From Burkholderiales bacterium (GTDB lineage: Bacteria; Pseudomonadota; Gammaproteobacteria; Burkholderiales; SG8-39), in the NCBI GenBank assembly GCA_035499735.1, contig DATJYC010000050.1, forward strand, positions 658 through 64,657: 64,000 bases of DNA. Reading direction: 5' to 3'. The stretch's first letter is position 1. Every line of letters begins with the position of its first letter. This document shows, piece by piece, positions 1 through 9,446 of this stretch. The translations under genes were made by a program, and so were the position numbers. The notes under the pieces are model-generated. The model saw only the letters and a program-made list of their open reading frames with translations. It did not search any database and was not told the origin of the DNA.

Positions 1-2
1 CA

Positions 3-1394
3 GCACCGGCCGCGGCCGCAGCCCCTGCGGCACCGGCAACGCCCAAGTGCGGCGACAAGGGCTTCGACTGCAACAAGGGCGACGTGTCGTGGATGATGAC
101 CTCCTCGGCGTTCGTGCTGCTGATGACGGTCCCCGGGCTGGCGTTGTTCTACGCCGGCATGGCCCGTACCCGCAACGCATTGTCGACGGTGATGCAGAGC
201 TTTTCGATCTTCTGCGTCGTCGCGGTGCTGTGGGTGATCTACGGATACAGCATCGCGTTCACCGCCGCTCACGAAGGCAGTTCGCTGTCCCCGTTCTTCG
301 GGTCGCTCGACAAGCTCTTCATGCTTGGCGAGGATCCGGCCACTGCGGTCGCCGCGACCTTCAGCAAGGGGCAGTACCTGCCGGACTTCGTGTACTGCAT
401 GTTCCAGCTGACCTTCGCCGCGATCACCGTGGCGCTGATCGCCGGGGGCTTCGCTGAGCGCTTCAAGTTCTCCGCGATGATCATCTTCTGCATCCTGTGG
501 TTCACCTTCGCATATCTGCCGGTCGCTCACATGGTGTGGTACTGGGACGGGCCTGATGCCTACACTACGCAGAAGGCCGCCGACATAGCCCAGAGCCATG
601 CGGGCTTCCTGTTCCAGAAAGGAGCTCTCGACTTCGCGGGTGGCACCGTGGTGCACGTGAATTCGGGTATCGCCGCGCTGGTCTGCGCGCTGATGCTCGG
701 CAAGCGCAACGGCTACGGCAAGATCCCCATGCCGCCGCACAGCGTGATGATGACGGCGATCGGCACCGGCATGCTGTGGATGGGCTGGTTCGGCTTCAAC
801 GCGGGTTCTGCACTTGAAGCCACCGGCGCCGCCGGCATCGCGTTCTTCAACACCTTGTTCGGAACCGCGACTGCGGGCGTGGCCTGGGCGCTCACCGAGT
901 GGATCGTCAAGGGCAAGCCGAGCCTGCTGGGTATCTGCTCCGGTATCGTGGCGGGCCTGGTGGCGATCACTCCGGCGGCCGGCTTCGTCGGCCCGATCGG
1001 CGCCTTCTTCACCTGCGCCATCGCCGGAGTCGTCTGCTTCTTCGCCGTCACCACGGTGAAGAAGATGCTGGGCTACGACGACGCCCTCGACACCTTCGGC
1101 GTGCACTGCATCGGAGGGATCATCGGCTCGCTCGGCACGGGCACCTTCGTCAACCCGAAGTTCGGCGGCACGGGCGTGTACGACTACGTCGCCAACAAGG
1201 TCGGCGATTTCGACGCCTGGGCGCAGATCGTCTCTCAGCTGTGGGACATCATCGTCACCTTGATCTGGTCGGGCGGCGTGGCCTTCGTGATCCTGCTGAT
1301 CCTGAAGTTCACGATCGGGATCCGCGCGAGCGATGAAGCGCAGGAAGAGGGTCTCGACCTCGCCGACCACGGCGAGAAGGCCTACAACTACTGA
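3..1394 (+). CDS. amtB: Ammonium transporter, Amt family; 5' end lies outside the window
   Basis: Translation has the Amt signature region GDVSWMMTSSAFVLLMTVPGLALFYAGM and about 11 hydrophobic helices. The frame stays open upstream to nt 3 (APAAAAAPAAPATPKCGDKGFDCNKGD), matching the mature N-terminus after a signal peptide, so the true start is off-window. Confidence 0.93.
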   Translation, partial: APAAAAAPAAPATPKCGDKGFDCNKGDVSWMMTSSAFVLLMTVPGLALFYAGMARTRNALSTVMQSFSIFCVVAVLWVIYGYSIAFTAAHEGSSLSPFFGSLDKLFMLGEDPATAVAATFSKGQYLPDFVYCMFQLTFAAITVALIAGGFAERFKFSAMIIFCILWFTFAYLPVAHMVWYWDGPDAYTTQKAADIAQSHAGFLFQKGALDFAGGTVVHVNSGIAALVCALMLGKRNGYGKIPMPPHSVMMTAIGTGMLWMGWFGFNAGSALEATGAAGIAFFNTLFGTATAGVAWALTEWIVKGKPSLLGICSGIVAGLVAITPAAGFVGPIGAFFTCAIAGVVCFFAVTTVKKMLGYDDALDTFGVHCIGGIIGSLGTGTFVNPKFGGTGVYDYVANKVGDFDAWAQIVSQLWDIIVTLIWSGGVAFVILLILKFTIGIRASDEAQEEGLDLADHGEKAYNY

Positions 1395-1431
1395 GCCGGA
1401 TGTAGAGCGAGCCCTGCGAGGCTCATTCCAA

Positions 1432-1459
1432 CGGGCACCTTCGGGTGCCCGTTTTTTTT
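1432..1459 (+). terminator. Rho-independent terminator after amtB
   Basis: Stem GGGCACC (1433-1439), loop TTCG, stem GGTGCCC (1444-1450), followed by a run of eight T (1452-1459). Confidence 0.85.
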
Positions 1460-1499
1460 GGTTGTGAGAAAATACGCGCCTTTTCGCGAGGACCCCGTC

Positions 1500-2210
1500 A
1501 TGAAAATGGAGTACGTCATCAGCAGCTGGGACATCCCCTCGCTCCCCATCGTCGGATCGAACGCGCGCTTTCCGGTGCGCCGCATCTTCTGCGTCGGCCG
1601 CAACTACGTCGAACACCAGAAGGAGATGGGAGGCGACGGCCGCGAGCAGCCGTTCTTCTTCACCAAATCGGCTCACGACCTCGTGGCACTCAACGCCGGC
1701 CAGGCCGGTGCGGTGCACTACCCGCCCATGACCAGCAACTATCACTGGGAAACGGAGATGGTCGCCGTGATAGGCACGGGCGGCTACAAGATCGCCGCGT
1801 CCAAGGCCAACGAGCACGTCTGGGGCTACGCGGTCGGCCTAGACATGACGCGCCGCGACCTCCAGCAAGTGGGCAAGGACAAGGGCCGGCCCTGGACTTT
1901 CGGCAAGGATTTCGACCAGGCCGCCCCCGCGGGCCCCATCACGCCCGCCTCGAAGGTCGGGCACCCGGCGAAAGGCAAACTGTGGCTCAAGGTCAACGGC
2001 GCGCTCCGCCAGAACTCGGATATCGACCAGATGATCTGGAGCGTGCCCGAGCAGATCGCCTTTCTCTCGCAGTACTACACCCTTGAAGCCGGCGATCTCA
2101 TCATGACGGGAACCCCTGCGGGGGTCGGCGCCGCGAAGCCCGGTGACGAGCTCCTCGCCGGGATAGACGGGCTCGGCGAGCTGAAAGTCAAGATTCTGGC
2201 GCCGCGCTAG
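1500..2210 (+). CDS. Fumarylacetoacetate hydrolase (FAH) family protein
   Basis: MKMEYVI...RIFCVGRNYVEHQKEMG...GTPAGVG is typical of FAH/2-keto-4-pentenoate hydratase-like enzymes. ATG at 1500 is preceded by GAGGA; the track ORF begins 14 codons earlier at GTG 1458. Confidence 0.85.
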   Translation: MKMEYVISSWDIPSLPIVGSNARFPVRRIFCVGRNYVEHQKEMGGDGREQPFFFTKSAHDLVALNAGQAGAVHYPPMTSNYHWETEMVAVIGTGGYKIAASKANEHVWGYAVGLDMTRRDLQQVGKDKGRPWTFGKDFDQAAPAGPITPASKVGHPAKGKLWLKVNGALRQNSDIDQMIWSVPEQIAFLSQYYTLEAGDLIMTGTPAGVGAAKPGDELLAGIDGLGELKVKILAPR

Positions 2211-2214
2211 CGCC

Positions 2215-2562
2215 GTGAGCATCAAGCGCCATCAGCACGGCAAGCTCTTCAGCGCAGCCGTGGAGCACGGCGGCGTGGTCTATGTTGCAGGTCAGGTCGC
2301 CGACGACCTCACCCAGGGGGTCCGAGGTCAGACGGAGCAAGTGCTGAAGAAGATCGACGCCATACTCGCCGCTGCAGGAACCAGCAAGTCGAAAATCCTC
2401 TCGGCAAACGTCTGGGTCACCGACATCCGCAACCGCGACGAGATGAACGCCGCGTGGGCCGCGTGGGTGGATCCCGCCAACCTGCCCGCGCGCGCCACGG
2501 TCGAGGCCAAGCTGGCCGACCCTCGCATGCTGGTCGAGATCATGGTGATCTGCGCAAAGTAG
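2215..2562 (+). CDS. RidA/YjgF family protein (reactive-intermediate deaminase fold)
   Basis: 115 aa, AVEHGGVVYVAGQVADD...NVWVTDIRNRDEMNAAW...PARATVEAKL pattern of the YjgF/RidA family; GTG start. Confidence 0.85.
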   Translation: MSIKRHQHGKLFSAAVEHGGVVYVAGQVADDLTQGVRGQTEQVLKKIDAILAAAGTSKSKILSANVWVTDIRNRDEMNAAWAAWVDPANLPARATVEAKLADPRMLVEIMVICAK

Positions 2563-2568
2563 GCCGGG

Positions 2569-4026
2569 CTAGCGCCGCCAGAACGCCGGCGTGATGACGA
2601 TGAACAGCGTGAACAGCTCTAGCCGGCCCACCAGCATCGCCACTGTGCACACCCAGGCCTGAAAATCGTTCAGCGAGGCATACGTCGTCGCAGGACCGAC
2701 CTGATTCAGACCCGGGCCGGTGTTGCAAAGGCAGGCGATCACCGCGGACAAGGCGGAAACGATGTCCAGGCCCGAGGCCGCGAGAAGCATGGTCATCGAG
2801 ATCACCGACCCGCCCCAGATCAGCATGTACGCCAGGACCGCGAAGATGATGTGGTTCTCGATGCGCTGACCGGCGAGCTTGAGTGGCAGGTACGCCCGGG
2901 GGTGGATGATCGACATGATCTCGCGCAGCGCCTGCCGGACCATCAGCTCGGCGCGGATCATCTTGATCCCGCCGCCTGTCGAGCCCGAGCAGGTCGCGAA
3001 GCAGCACAGGAACAGCATCCACACCGGCGCGAAAATCGGCCACCGACTGAAATCCGTGCTCGAGAAGCCGGCCGTCGTCGCGATCGACGCCACGTTGAAC
3101 GCGCTGTGGCGCAGCGCCGTCCAGAACGAAGGGTACACGTCGTTGGCGCGCAGGAAGTACGCGATACCCAGCACCGAAGCGGCCAGCACCCCGAGGTACA
3201 CGCGCGTCTCGGGGTCGCTGCGGTACGGCGCAAGGCTCAGCTTGCGGAATGCGAGGAAGTGCGTGCCGAAGTTGATGCCCCCCATGATCATGAACAGGAC
3301 CGCCATTGCTTCGATCGCCGGGGAATTGAAATACGCGAAATTCGCGTCGTGCGAGGAGAACCCGCCCAGGCTCAGCGTCGTGAACGCGTGCACGACCGCA
3401 TCGAACCAGCTCATCCCCACCGCCTTGAACCCGAGCACGCATGCGAGCGTCAAGCCGGCGTAGACCAGCCACAGTCCCTTGGCCGTCTCGGTGATCCGCG
3501 GAGTCAGCCGGGTGTCTTTCATGGGTCCCGGCGTCTCGGCTCTCATGATCTGGCTGCCGCCGATCCCCAGGAGCGGAAGGATCGCCACGGCGAGCACTAG
3601 GATCCCCATGCCGCCCAGCCATTGCAGCTCGCAGCGCCAGAAATTGATCGATGCAGGAAGCCGGTCCAGGCCAGACAGAACCGTTGCGCCGGTCGTGGTC
3701 AGCGCCGCGACTGCCTCGAAATAAGCGTCGGTGAATCCTAGCTCCGGAAGATGCATGAGCAGCGGCAAGGCGGCGAAGACCGGCAGGGCTGTCCACACGA
3801 GCGCGACCAGCAGCAGAGCGTCGCGCGGCTGCAGCTCTCCCCGGCCGAAGCGCGTGCCGCCCCACAGCAGCGCCCCGCTCGCCAGGGTGATCAGCGCCGC
3901 CTGGAAAAACGCCGCACCCGCGGCGTCGCCGTAGAGAAAAGAGACGCAGAAGGGCACCAGCATGAAGAGCGCGAAGAGCATCACCAGCACGCCCAGCACA
4001 TGGAGCACGGAAACCGGTCTGACCAC
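2569..4026 (-). CDS. trkH: Trk-type K+ uptake protein, membrane subunit
   Basis: 485 aa polytopic membrane protein with TrkH-like repeats (TTTGATVLSGL, GGFSSHD, STGGGIKMIR), immediately downstream of trkA. Confidence 0.93.
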   Translation of the reverse strand: MVRPVSVLHVLGVLVMLFALFMLVPFCVSFLYGDAAGAAFFQAALITLASGALLWGGTRFGRGELQPRDALLLVALVWTALPVFAALPLLMHLPELGFTDAYFEAVAALTTTGATVLSGLDRLPASINFWRCELQWLGGMGILVLAVAILPLLGIGGSQIMRAETPGPMKDTRLTPRITETAKGLWLVYAGLTLACVLGFKAVGMSWFDAVVHAFTTLSLGGFSSHDANFAYFNSPAIEAMAVLFMIMGGINFGTHFLAFRKLSLAPYRSDPETRVYLGVLAASVLGIAYFLRANDVYPSFWTALRHSAFNVASIATTAGFSSTDFSRWPIFAPVWMLFLCCFATCSGSTGGGIKMIRAELMVRQALREIMSIIHPRAYLPLKLAGQRIENHIIFAVLAYMLIWGGSVISMTMLLAASGLDIVSALSAVIACLCNTGPGLNQVGPATTYASLNDFQAWVCTVAMLVGRLELFTLFIVITPAFWRR

Positions 4027-4040
4027 GTGCGCCCGCCGCT

Positions 4041-5414
4041 CTAGACGAAGCCGACGCTGACTTCGAACAGCTTCTCCACCTTGGGCAGCTGGTTCTTGTC
4101 CGTGACGAATACGATTGCGTGATCCTCGGCCTGGACCACCGTGTCATGGTGGGCCATGACAACCTCGTCGCCGCGCACGATGGCCGCTAGGCTTGCGCCC
4201 CTGGGCAGGTCTATCTCCTCGATCCGCCGTCCGACGCAGCGAGAGGACTCGCGGTCCCCGTGGATCACCGCTTCGAGCGCCTCGGCCACGCCCCGCCGCA
4301 GGCTGTGCACCCGGGTAACGTGACCCCGGCGCACGTGGGCGAGCAGCGTGCCGATGGTAGCCTGGGCGGGAGAAATCGCGATGTCGATCTCGCCCGCATG
4401 CAGGAGGTCGACGTAGGAGCGACGGTTTATGAGGGACACGACGCGGCGTGCCCCCATGCGCTTCGCCAGCAGGCACGACATGATGTTGTTTTCGTCGTCG
4501 TTGGTCACCGCGACGAACAGGTCCATGTCGGAGACGTTCTCCGCCTCGAGCAGGGTCTCGTCGGTGACGTCCCCCTGCAGCACGAGAGCGCGATCCAGGC
4601 GCGTGGAGAGAACCTCGCAGCGTCGCTTGTCGTATTCGATGACCTTGACCGAGTACTCGCGCTCCAGAGCACGTGCGAGCCGCAGCCCGATGTTGCCGCC
4701 GCCGGCGATCATCACCCGGCTGACGGGCTTGTCCATGCGCCGCAGCTCGTGCATCACCCGGCGTATGTCCTTCGTTGCGGCGAGGCAGAACACCTCGTCG
4801 CCCGCCTGTACCAGCGTGTCGCCGTCGGGGGGAACCGGCGTATCGCCCCGGAAGATCGCCGCGATGCGCGCGTCCACCGAGGGAATGTGCTTCTTGAGGT
4901 CCTTGAGCGGATGGCCGACCAGCGGGCCGCCCTGAAAGGCCCGCACTGCCACCAGGCTCACCTTGCCGCTCGCAAACTCGAGCACCTGGAGCGCCTCGGG
5001 AAACTCGATGAGCTTCACGATGTAATCGGTCAGGACCTGCTCTGGGCAGATCGCCAAGTCCACGTCGAAGCCGTCCGGGCCCAATACCTTTTCGTTGGAG
5101 AGGTAATCGGTCGCACGCAACCGCACGATGCGGGTCGGCACGTTGAAGAGCTGCTGCGCGAGCTTGCACGCGACCAGGTTGGTTTCGTCGCTCTGCGTCA
5201 CCGCGATCACCATGTCGCAGTCTTCGATGCCGGATTCCGCAAGAACCGATGGATGCGCAGCGCTGCCCACCACAGTACGCACGTCGAGGTGATCCTGGAC
5301 GTTACGCAACCTCGCTACGTCGATGTCGACCAGCGTGATGTCGTTCGCCTCGGACACCAGGCTTTCGGCGACCGAAGAGCCGACCTGGCCCGCGCCGAGG
5401 ATGACGATCTTCAA
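4041..5414 (-). CDS. trkA: Trk system K+ uptake protein, NAD-binding subunit
   Basis: 457 aa with two Rossmann motifs (MKIVILGAGQVGSS and VMIAGGGNIGLRLA) plus RCK_C-like segments. Confidence 0.95.
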   Translation of the reverse strand: MKIVILGAGQVGSSVAESLVSEANDITLVDIDVARLRNVQDHLDVRTVVGSAAHPSVLAESGIEDCDMVIAVTQSDETNLVACKLAQQLFNVPTRIVRLRATDYLSNEKVLGPDGFDVDLAICPEQVLTDYIVKLIEFPEALQVLEFASGKVSLVAVRAFQGGPLVGHPLKDLKKHIPSVDARIAAIFRGDTPVPPDGDTLVQAGDEVFCLAATKDIRRVMHELRRMDKPVSRVMIAGGGNIGLRLARALEREYSVKVIEYDKRRCEVLSTRLDRALVLQGDVTDETLLEAENVSDMDLFVAVTNDDENNIMSCLLAKRMGARRVVSLINRRSYVDLLHAGEIDIAISPAQATIGTLLAHVRRGHVTRVHSLRRGVAEALEAVIHGDRESSRCVGRRIEEIDLPRGASLAAIVRGDEVVMAHHDTVVQAEDHAIVFVTDKNQLPKVEKLFEVSVGFV

Positions 5415-5480
5415 ATCGGAAGTCCGGGCGAAAAAGGACGCATTCTATGCCGAATCCCCAGGCCGCCCAAATCGGGGTAA

Positions 5481-5501
5481 TGGTCCCTTGAAAAGGGACC
5501 A
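5481..5501 (-). other. 9-bp stem hairpin between the ntrX-like gene and trkA (possible weak terminator or attenuator)
   Basis: TGGTCCCTT / AAGGGACCA inverted repeat with a 3-nt loop. No U-tract follows on the minus strand, so terminator function is uncertain. Confidence 0.3.
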
Positions 5502-5517
5502 CTACCCAAATCGGCCG

Positions 5518-6762
5518 TCACTCGTCCTTTCGCCGGGCGAGAATGCCGAGCGCCTTGAGCTTTCGGTATAGATGCGTTCGCTCGAGGCCGCTGCGCTCGG
5601 CCAGGCGCGCAATCGATCCGTTCGCCTGTGCCAGATGATGTTCGAAGTAAGTCCGCTCGAACGCCTCGCGAGCTTCGCGTAGGGGCAGGTCGAAGGAAAC
5701 CTCGGGCTCGGCTGCGCGTCGAGCGAACTGCGGCAGCACCCGCTCCGCGTCGCCCACTCCTATCTCCTCCTCCAGGCTCGTGAGCGCGAGCGTGCGCACC
5801 GCGGCGGCAAGATCCTCGAGATTGCCCGGCCAGGCGAAATAGCGCAGGACGTTCAAGGCGCCCGTCGAGAAGATCCGCGGCGGGCAGAAACGCGTTTCCA
5901 CGAGCTGGGCGAGCATAAGCGCCGCGATCTCCGGGATGTCCTCGGGATGCTCGCGCAGAGCGGGAAGGGCGATGACGATTCCCGAAAGCGACTGCATCAA
6001 CGCCGGGTCGAATCCCTCCACTTCCACGAGGCGCTTGGGCTCCTCGGCGGTGAACGAAACCAGGCGCACGTTGCTCTTCTCGGCACGCGCGACGACGAAC
6101 GCGAGGTGCTTCTGCTGGTTCTTCGAAAGCGCGGCGAGCTCGGCCATGAACAAGACTCCACTCGAGACCTGCTGCAGGAGATCCTGGGAGGCATCGTTGA
6201 GGGCGTGGGCGCCGTCGAACCAAGGGGTGCCGGGCTGCTGCAGGTAGCGCGCGTACAGTTCCGGCATCACGCCCTTTTCGCCGCGCATCAATACCGCGGC
6301 GGTTGCGGTGGAAATCTTCGACAGGCGCTTCTTCAGCTCCGTGATGACGACGGAGCGGCCGAAATTCGCGATGCTGAGCGGCATGGCCGCGCGCGACTCG
6401 CCGGCCCTCAGCGCGCGCTTCACGGTCGCGAGCAGCTTCTGCAGCGCGATCGGCTTCTCCAGGAAATCCATCGCGCCGATGCGTGTCGCTTCCACGGCTG
6501 TGTCGATCGTGCCGTGGCCCGACATCATGATGACCGGCATGTTGAGATGCCCTGCGGTCGCCCACTCCTTGAGGAGCGTGATGCCGTCTGCGTCGGGCAT
6601 CCAGATGTCGAGCAGAACCAGGTCCGGCCTTCCGCGAGCGCGCAGCGAGCGCGCAGCCGTGGCATTTTCGGCCAGCTGCACCGTGTGCCCCTCGTCGGAG
6701 AGGATTTCCGAGAGGAGCTCCCGGATCCCGACCTCGTCGTCCACTACGAGTATCTGGGCCAT
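5518..6762 (-). CDS. ntrX: NtrX-like response regulator: receiver, degenerate sigma54-activator-like AAA+ domain, Fis-type HTH
   Basis: REC domain (ILVVDDE...LLDIWMPDADG...KP). Central domain aligns to NtrC-type AAA+, but Walker A reads GEKGVMPE and Walker B reads LFMAE. C-terminal HTH is SIARLAERSGLERTHLYRKLKALGI. Confidence 0.85.
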   Translation of the reverse strand: MAQILVVDDEVGIRELLSEILSDEGHTVQLAENATAARSLRARGRPDLVLLDIWMPDADGITLLKEWATAGHLNMPVIMMSGHGTIDTAVEATRIGAMDFLEKPIALQKLLATVKRALRAGESRAAMPLSIANFGRSVVITELKKRLSKISTATAAVLMRGEKGVMPELYARYLQQPGTPWFDGAHALNDASQDLLQQVSSGVLFMAELAALSKNQQKHLAFVVARAEKSNVRLVSFTAEEPKRLVEVEGFDPALMQSLSGIVIALPALREHPEDIPEIAALMLAQLVETRFCPPRIFSTGALNVLRYFAWPGNLEDLAAAVRTLALTSLEEEIGVGDAERVLPQFARRAAEPEVSFDLPLREAREAFERTYFEHHLAQANGSIARLAERSGLERTHLYRKLKALGILARRKDE

Positions 6763-6768
6763 CGCAAT

Positions 6769-8880
6769 CTACGCGGCGAGCGGCAGCGAAATCTGCACTG
6801 CGGCGCCGCGCCCGCCGTCCTTGCTCCCCCGGTTCACTATGGTCACCGTTCCGTGATGCTCGTCGATGATCCGCTTGACGATGGCGAGTCCCAGGCCCGT
6901 TCCCTTGGGTTTGGTCGTGACGTAAGGCTCGAAGGCACCCTTGATTATCGCCTCGGGGAAGCCGCATCCGTTGTCGCTGATTCGCAGCCATATCTGTCCG
7001 CCGGCGAGCTCGGTCGTCACCTCGATTTTCGGATCGCTGTTCCCCGCCAGAGCGTCCTGGGCATTCTGGAGTAGGTTGTGAATGACCTGCCGGAGACGGT
7101 CCGGGTCGCCGCGCACCAGCGGCAGGTTCTTGCCGAGGCTCGCGTGTATGCGAGTCCCCGACTGCTCGTACAGGGCGAGAACCTCGGCCAGCAGCCTGTT
7201 CAAATCCAGCCCTCCGAGCTGGGGGGCCGGCGTGCGGGCGTAGTCGCGGAACTCGTCCACCATGTTCTTCATCGCCGTGACCTGCGCGACGATGGTCTCG
7301 GTGGCGTGATCCAGAGCGCGGGCGGCCTCCGGGGCGAGCTTGTCGATGAGTTTCGCCTGGAGCCTCTCGGCCGCCAGCTGGATCGGCGTGAGCGGATTCT
7401 TGATCTCGTGCGCGAGCCTGCGCGCAACTTCGCCCCAAGCCGTCGCGCGTTGCGCCGCGATCAACTGGGTTATGTCGTCGAACACGACGACATAACCCCC
7501 GCCTCCGGCGGCGGGTAGCGGCGAGCCCCTCACCAGGATCACCGCGCCCCGGTCGCGCATCTCGATCTGCTGCTGCCAGGGCACCTCCCTGTGCTCGGCG
7601 AGTTCCGAGCGCAGGGTCCGGGCGAACTCCGGGAGCACCGGCCAGTCGGCGAGCGTGAGGCCCGCAAGGGACGCCAGGTTCTCGTGCAGAATGCGCCCCG
7701 CGCCGCTGTTTGCGATCCGCAGCGCCAGTTCCTCGTCGAAGACCAGCACGCCCGCGGACAGATTGGCGAGAATGCTCTCCAGATAGGCCTTGGCGGTCTC
7801 CAGCTGCGCCTGATTGAGCTGAGCGGCACGCTGCGCCTCGCCGAGCTGCTCGGTCATGCTGTTGAACGAGCTTGTGAGTATGCCCAGCTCGTCCCGGCTC
7901 GTGACCTGCGCGCGACGCGAGAAGTCGCCCCGCGCGACAGCTTGAGTGCCCTCGGCAAGCACCGAGAGGGGACTGGACAAACGCCGCGAGAGGAGAAAGG
8001 CCAGCGCTATCGCCGACAGCAGCGCGAGGAGGAGCGTCAGCGTCAACGTGAGGATATAAATCTCCTTCAGGCCCTGACGCGACAGCGACAGCTCCTTGTA
8101 CGCGCGATACACGCTCTGCACCGATTCGCCCTGCTCCGCCAAAGCTTGCGGGACCCAGTGGGTCAGCTGCAGGAAGCGCGCGTCGCCTCGCCTGCTCGAG
8201 CCTTCGAGCGACACGATCACCCGAAGCAGAAGCCCCTTGTCGCCTACCGGCTCGACCGCGCCGTATCCCCGGACCTGGTGGGCGTCGCGCAGCGCCTGAG
8301 GTCCAGGAGCCGGCGCCTCCATCTTCAGCCCCTCGCGGTGGGCCACGGCCACGACGCCGCCCTGACCGTTCAGCAGCGCGGCCTCCTCGACATACGCCTG
8401 CTCGCGCACGCGCGCCAGCAGCGCGGGCTGCTCGCGCGCGGAAACTTCAGACAGGTCGAGCGCCATCACGTGCGCTTTGAGGAGAAGCTCGTTGAGCATG
8501 ACGTCCAGCGCCGCGCGCCCCAGGTTGAGCCCGCCCTCCAACGCCCGCTCGACGCGAACGTCGAACCAGGATTCGATGCTCTTTGAGAGAAACTGCAGTG
8601 AAACGGTGTAGACGAGCAGGCCGGGAACGACCCCCACCAGGGCGAACATGACCAGCACGCGGAACGTCAGGAGCGAGCCGAATACCTTGGCGCGGCGCTG
8701 GCGCGCGAGCTTGGAGAGCTGGAATACGACGAGCCCGAGCAGCGCCAGGGCGATGGCAGCATTCAACCCGAGGAGCAGCGGGTAGTGCTCCGCGAACAAG
8801 GGCGAGTTCGCGGTCGCGGCGGCAAGCAGGAAAAGCAATATGCCGCCGAGCGCCGCGCTTGCGATCAGCACATAGGTCAT
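6769..8880 (-). CDS. ntrY: NtrY-like sensor histidine kinase (TM-HAMP-PAS-HisKA-HATPase)
   Basis: H-box RRLAHEIKNPLTPI, N-box HNLLQNAQDA, G-boxes DNGCGF and GTGLGLAIV; N-terminal TM helices. Start taken at ATG 8880 (MTYVLIAS), which forms an ATGA overlap with the upstream stop; the track ORF extends to 8946. Confidence 0.9.
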   Translation of the reverse strand: MTYVLIASAALGGILLFLLAAATANSPLFAEHYPLLLGLNAAIALALLGLVVFQLSKLARQRRAKVFGSLLTFRVLVMFALVGVVPGLLVYTVSLQFLSKSIESWFDVRVERALEGGLNLGRAALDVMLNELLLKAHVMALDLSEVSAREQPALLARVREQAYVEEAALLNGQGGVVAVAHREGLKMEAPAPGPQALRDAHQVRGYGAVEPVGDKGLLLRVIVSLEGSSRRGDARFLQLTHWVPQALAEQGESVQSVYRAYKELSLSRQGLKEIYILTLTLTLLLALLSAIALAFLLSRRLSSPLSVLAEGTQAVARGDFSRRAQVTSRDELGILTSSFNSMTEQLGEAQRAAQLNQAQLETAKAYLESILANLSAGVLVFDEELALRIANSGAGRILHENLASLAGLTLADWPVLPEFARTLRSELAEHREVPWQQQIEMRDRGAVILVRGSPLPAAGGGGYVVVFDDITQLIAAQRATAWGEVARRLAHEIKNPLTPIQLAAERLQAKLIDKLAPEAARALDHATETIVAQVTAMKNMVDEFRDYARTPAPQLGGLDLNRLLAEVLALYEQSGTRIHASLGKNLPLVRGDPDRLRQVIHNLLQNAQDALAGNSDPKIEVTTELAGGQIWLRISDNGCGFPEAIIKGAFEPYVTTKPKGTGLGLAIVKRIIDEHHGTVTIVNRGSKDGGRGAAVQISLPLAA

Positions 8881-9446
8881 CGCGCCTCCCTCACCGGAGC
8901 GAGGGGAGTGAAGGGGAAGCGCTTCCACTCCGACGCGAGCGTCCATTCGCGATTGGTGACGCTGCTCACGCGGAACGGCGTCGGCAGTTGTGCGGGGTCG
9001 AGCCGCAACCGCACCGAGGCGACGTAGGTTCGACCGTTGTCAACCTGGTCCTGCCCCAAGACCGGCCAGCCGTGAACCCGGCCGAGCGCCTGTAGCGCCT
9101 CGGCGAGCGTGGGGAAGTTCTGATACAGCGTTCCGCTGGAAAGGCGGTATTGCTGCGCGAGTGGAAGATACGAAAGGCGCAGTTCGAGTTTCTCGGATGC
9201 CGTCTTCTCGTCGAACCAGTACCAGCGTGGACGCGTCAACTCGAACTCGATCAGAAAACCGAGCGAGACTCCGTTGTTCAGCGCCTCCAGTAGCGGGCCG
9301 GTAAGATCGAGGTGGAAATCCGCGTTCAGCACGTAGCGCGTCTCGGAGATCTCCATGCCCGCGTTGTTCACCTGGATGGGCTGCGCCTGTGCGGACGCGA
9401 AGCACAGCGCCAGGATTGCACCAACCAGACGGCAGCTTGCATTCAT
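8877..9446 (-). CDS. DUF4390-like secreted protein (conserved partner of rsmB/ntrYX in Betaproteobacteria)
   Basis: 189 aa with signal peptide MNASCRLVGAILALCFASAQAQ. The position between rsmB and ntrY matches the conserved arrangement. ATGA overlaps at both ends. Confidence 0.75.
   Translation of the reverse strand: MNASCRLVGAILALCFASAQAQPIQVNNAGMEISETRYVLNADFHLDLTGPLLEALNNGVSLGFLIEFELTRPRWYWFDEKTASEKLELRLSYLPLAQQYRLSSGTLYQNFPTLAEALQALGRVHGWPVLGQDQVDNGRTYVASVRLRLDPAQLPTPFRVSSVTNREWTLASEWKRFPFTPLAPVREAR

Noticed and set aside
5411-7438. 675-aa minus-strand ORF, plus similar ORFs at 15660-17555, 54380-56326, 28496-29692, 29959-31713 and 60863-62131
   Set aside because: They are out of frame or antisense relative to the ntrX/ntrY, topB, permease, pckG, mnmG and livK-like genes. 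Their composition is Arg/Pro/Gly-rich, as expected for wrong-frame translation of GC-rich coding DNA.
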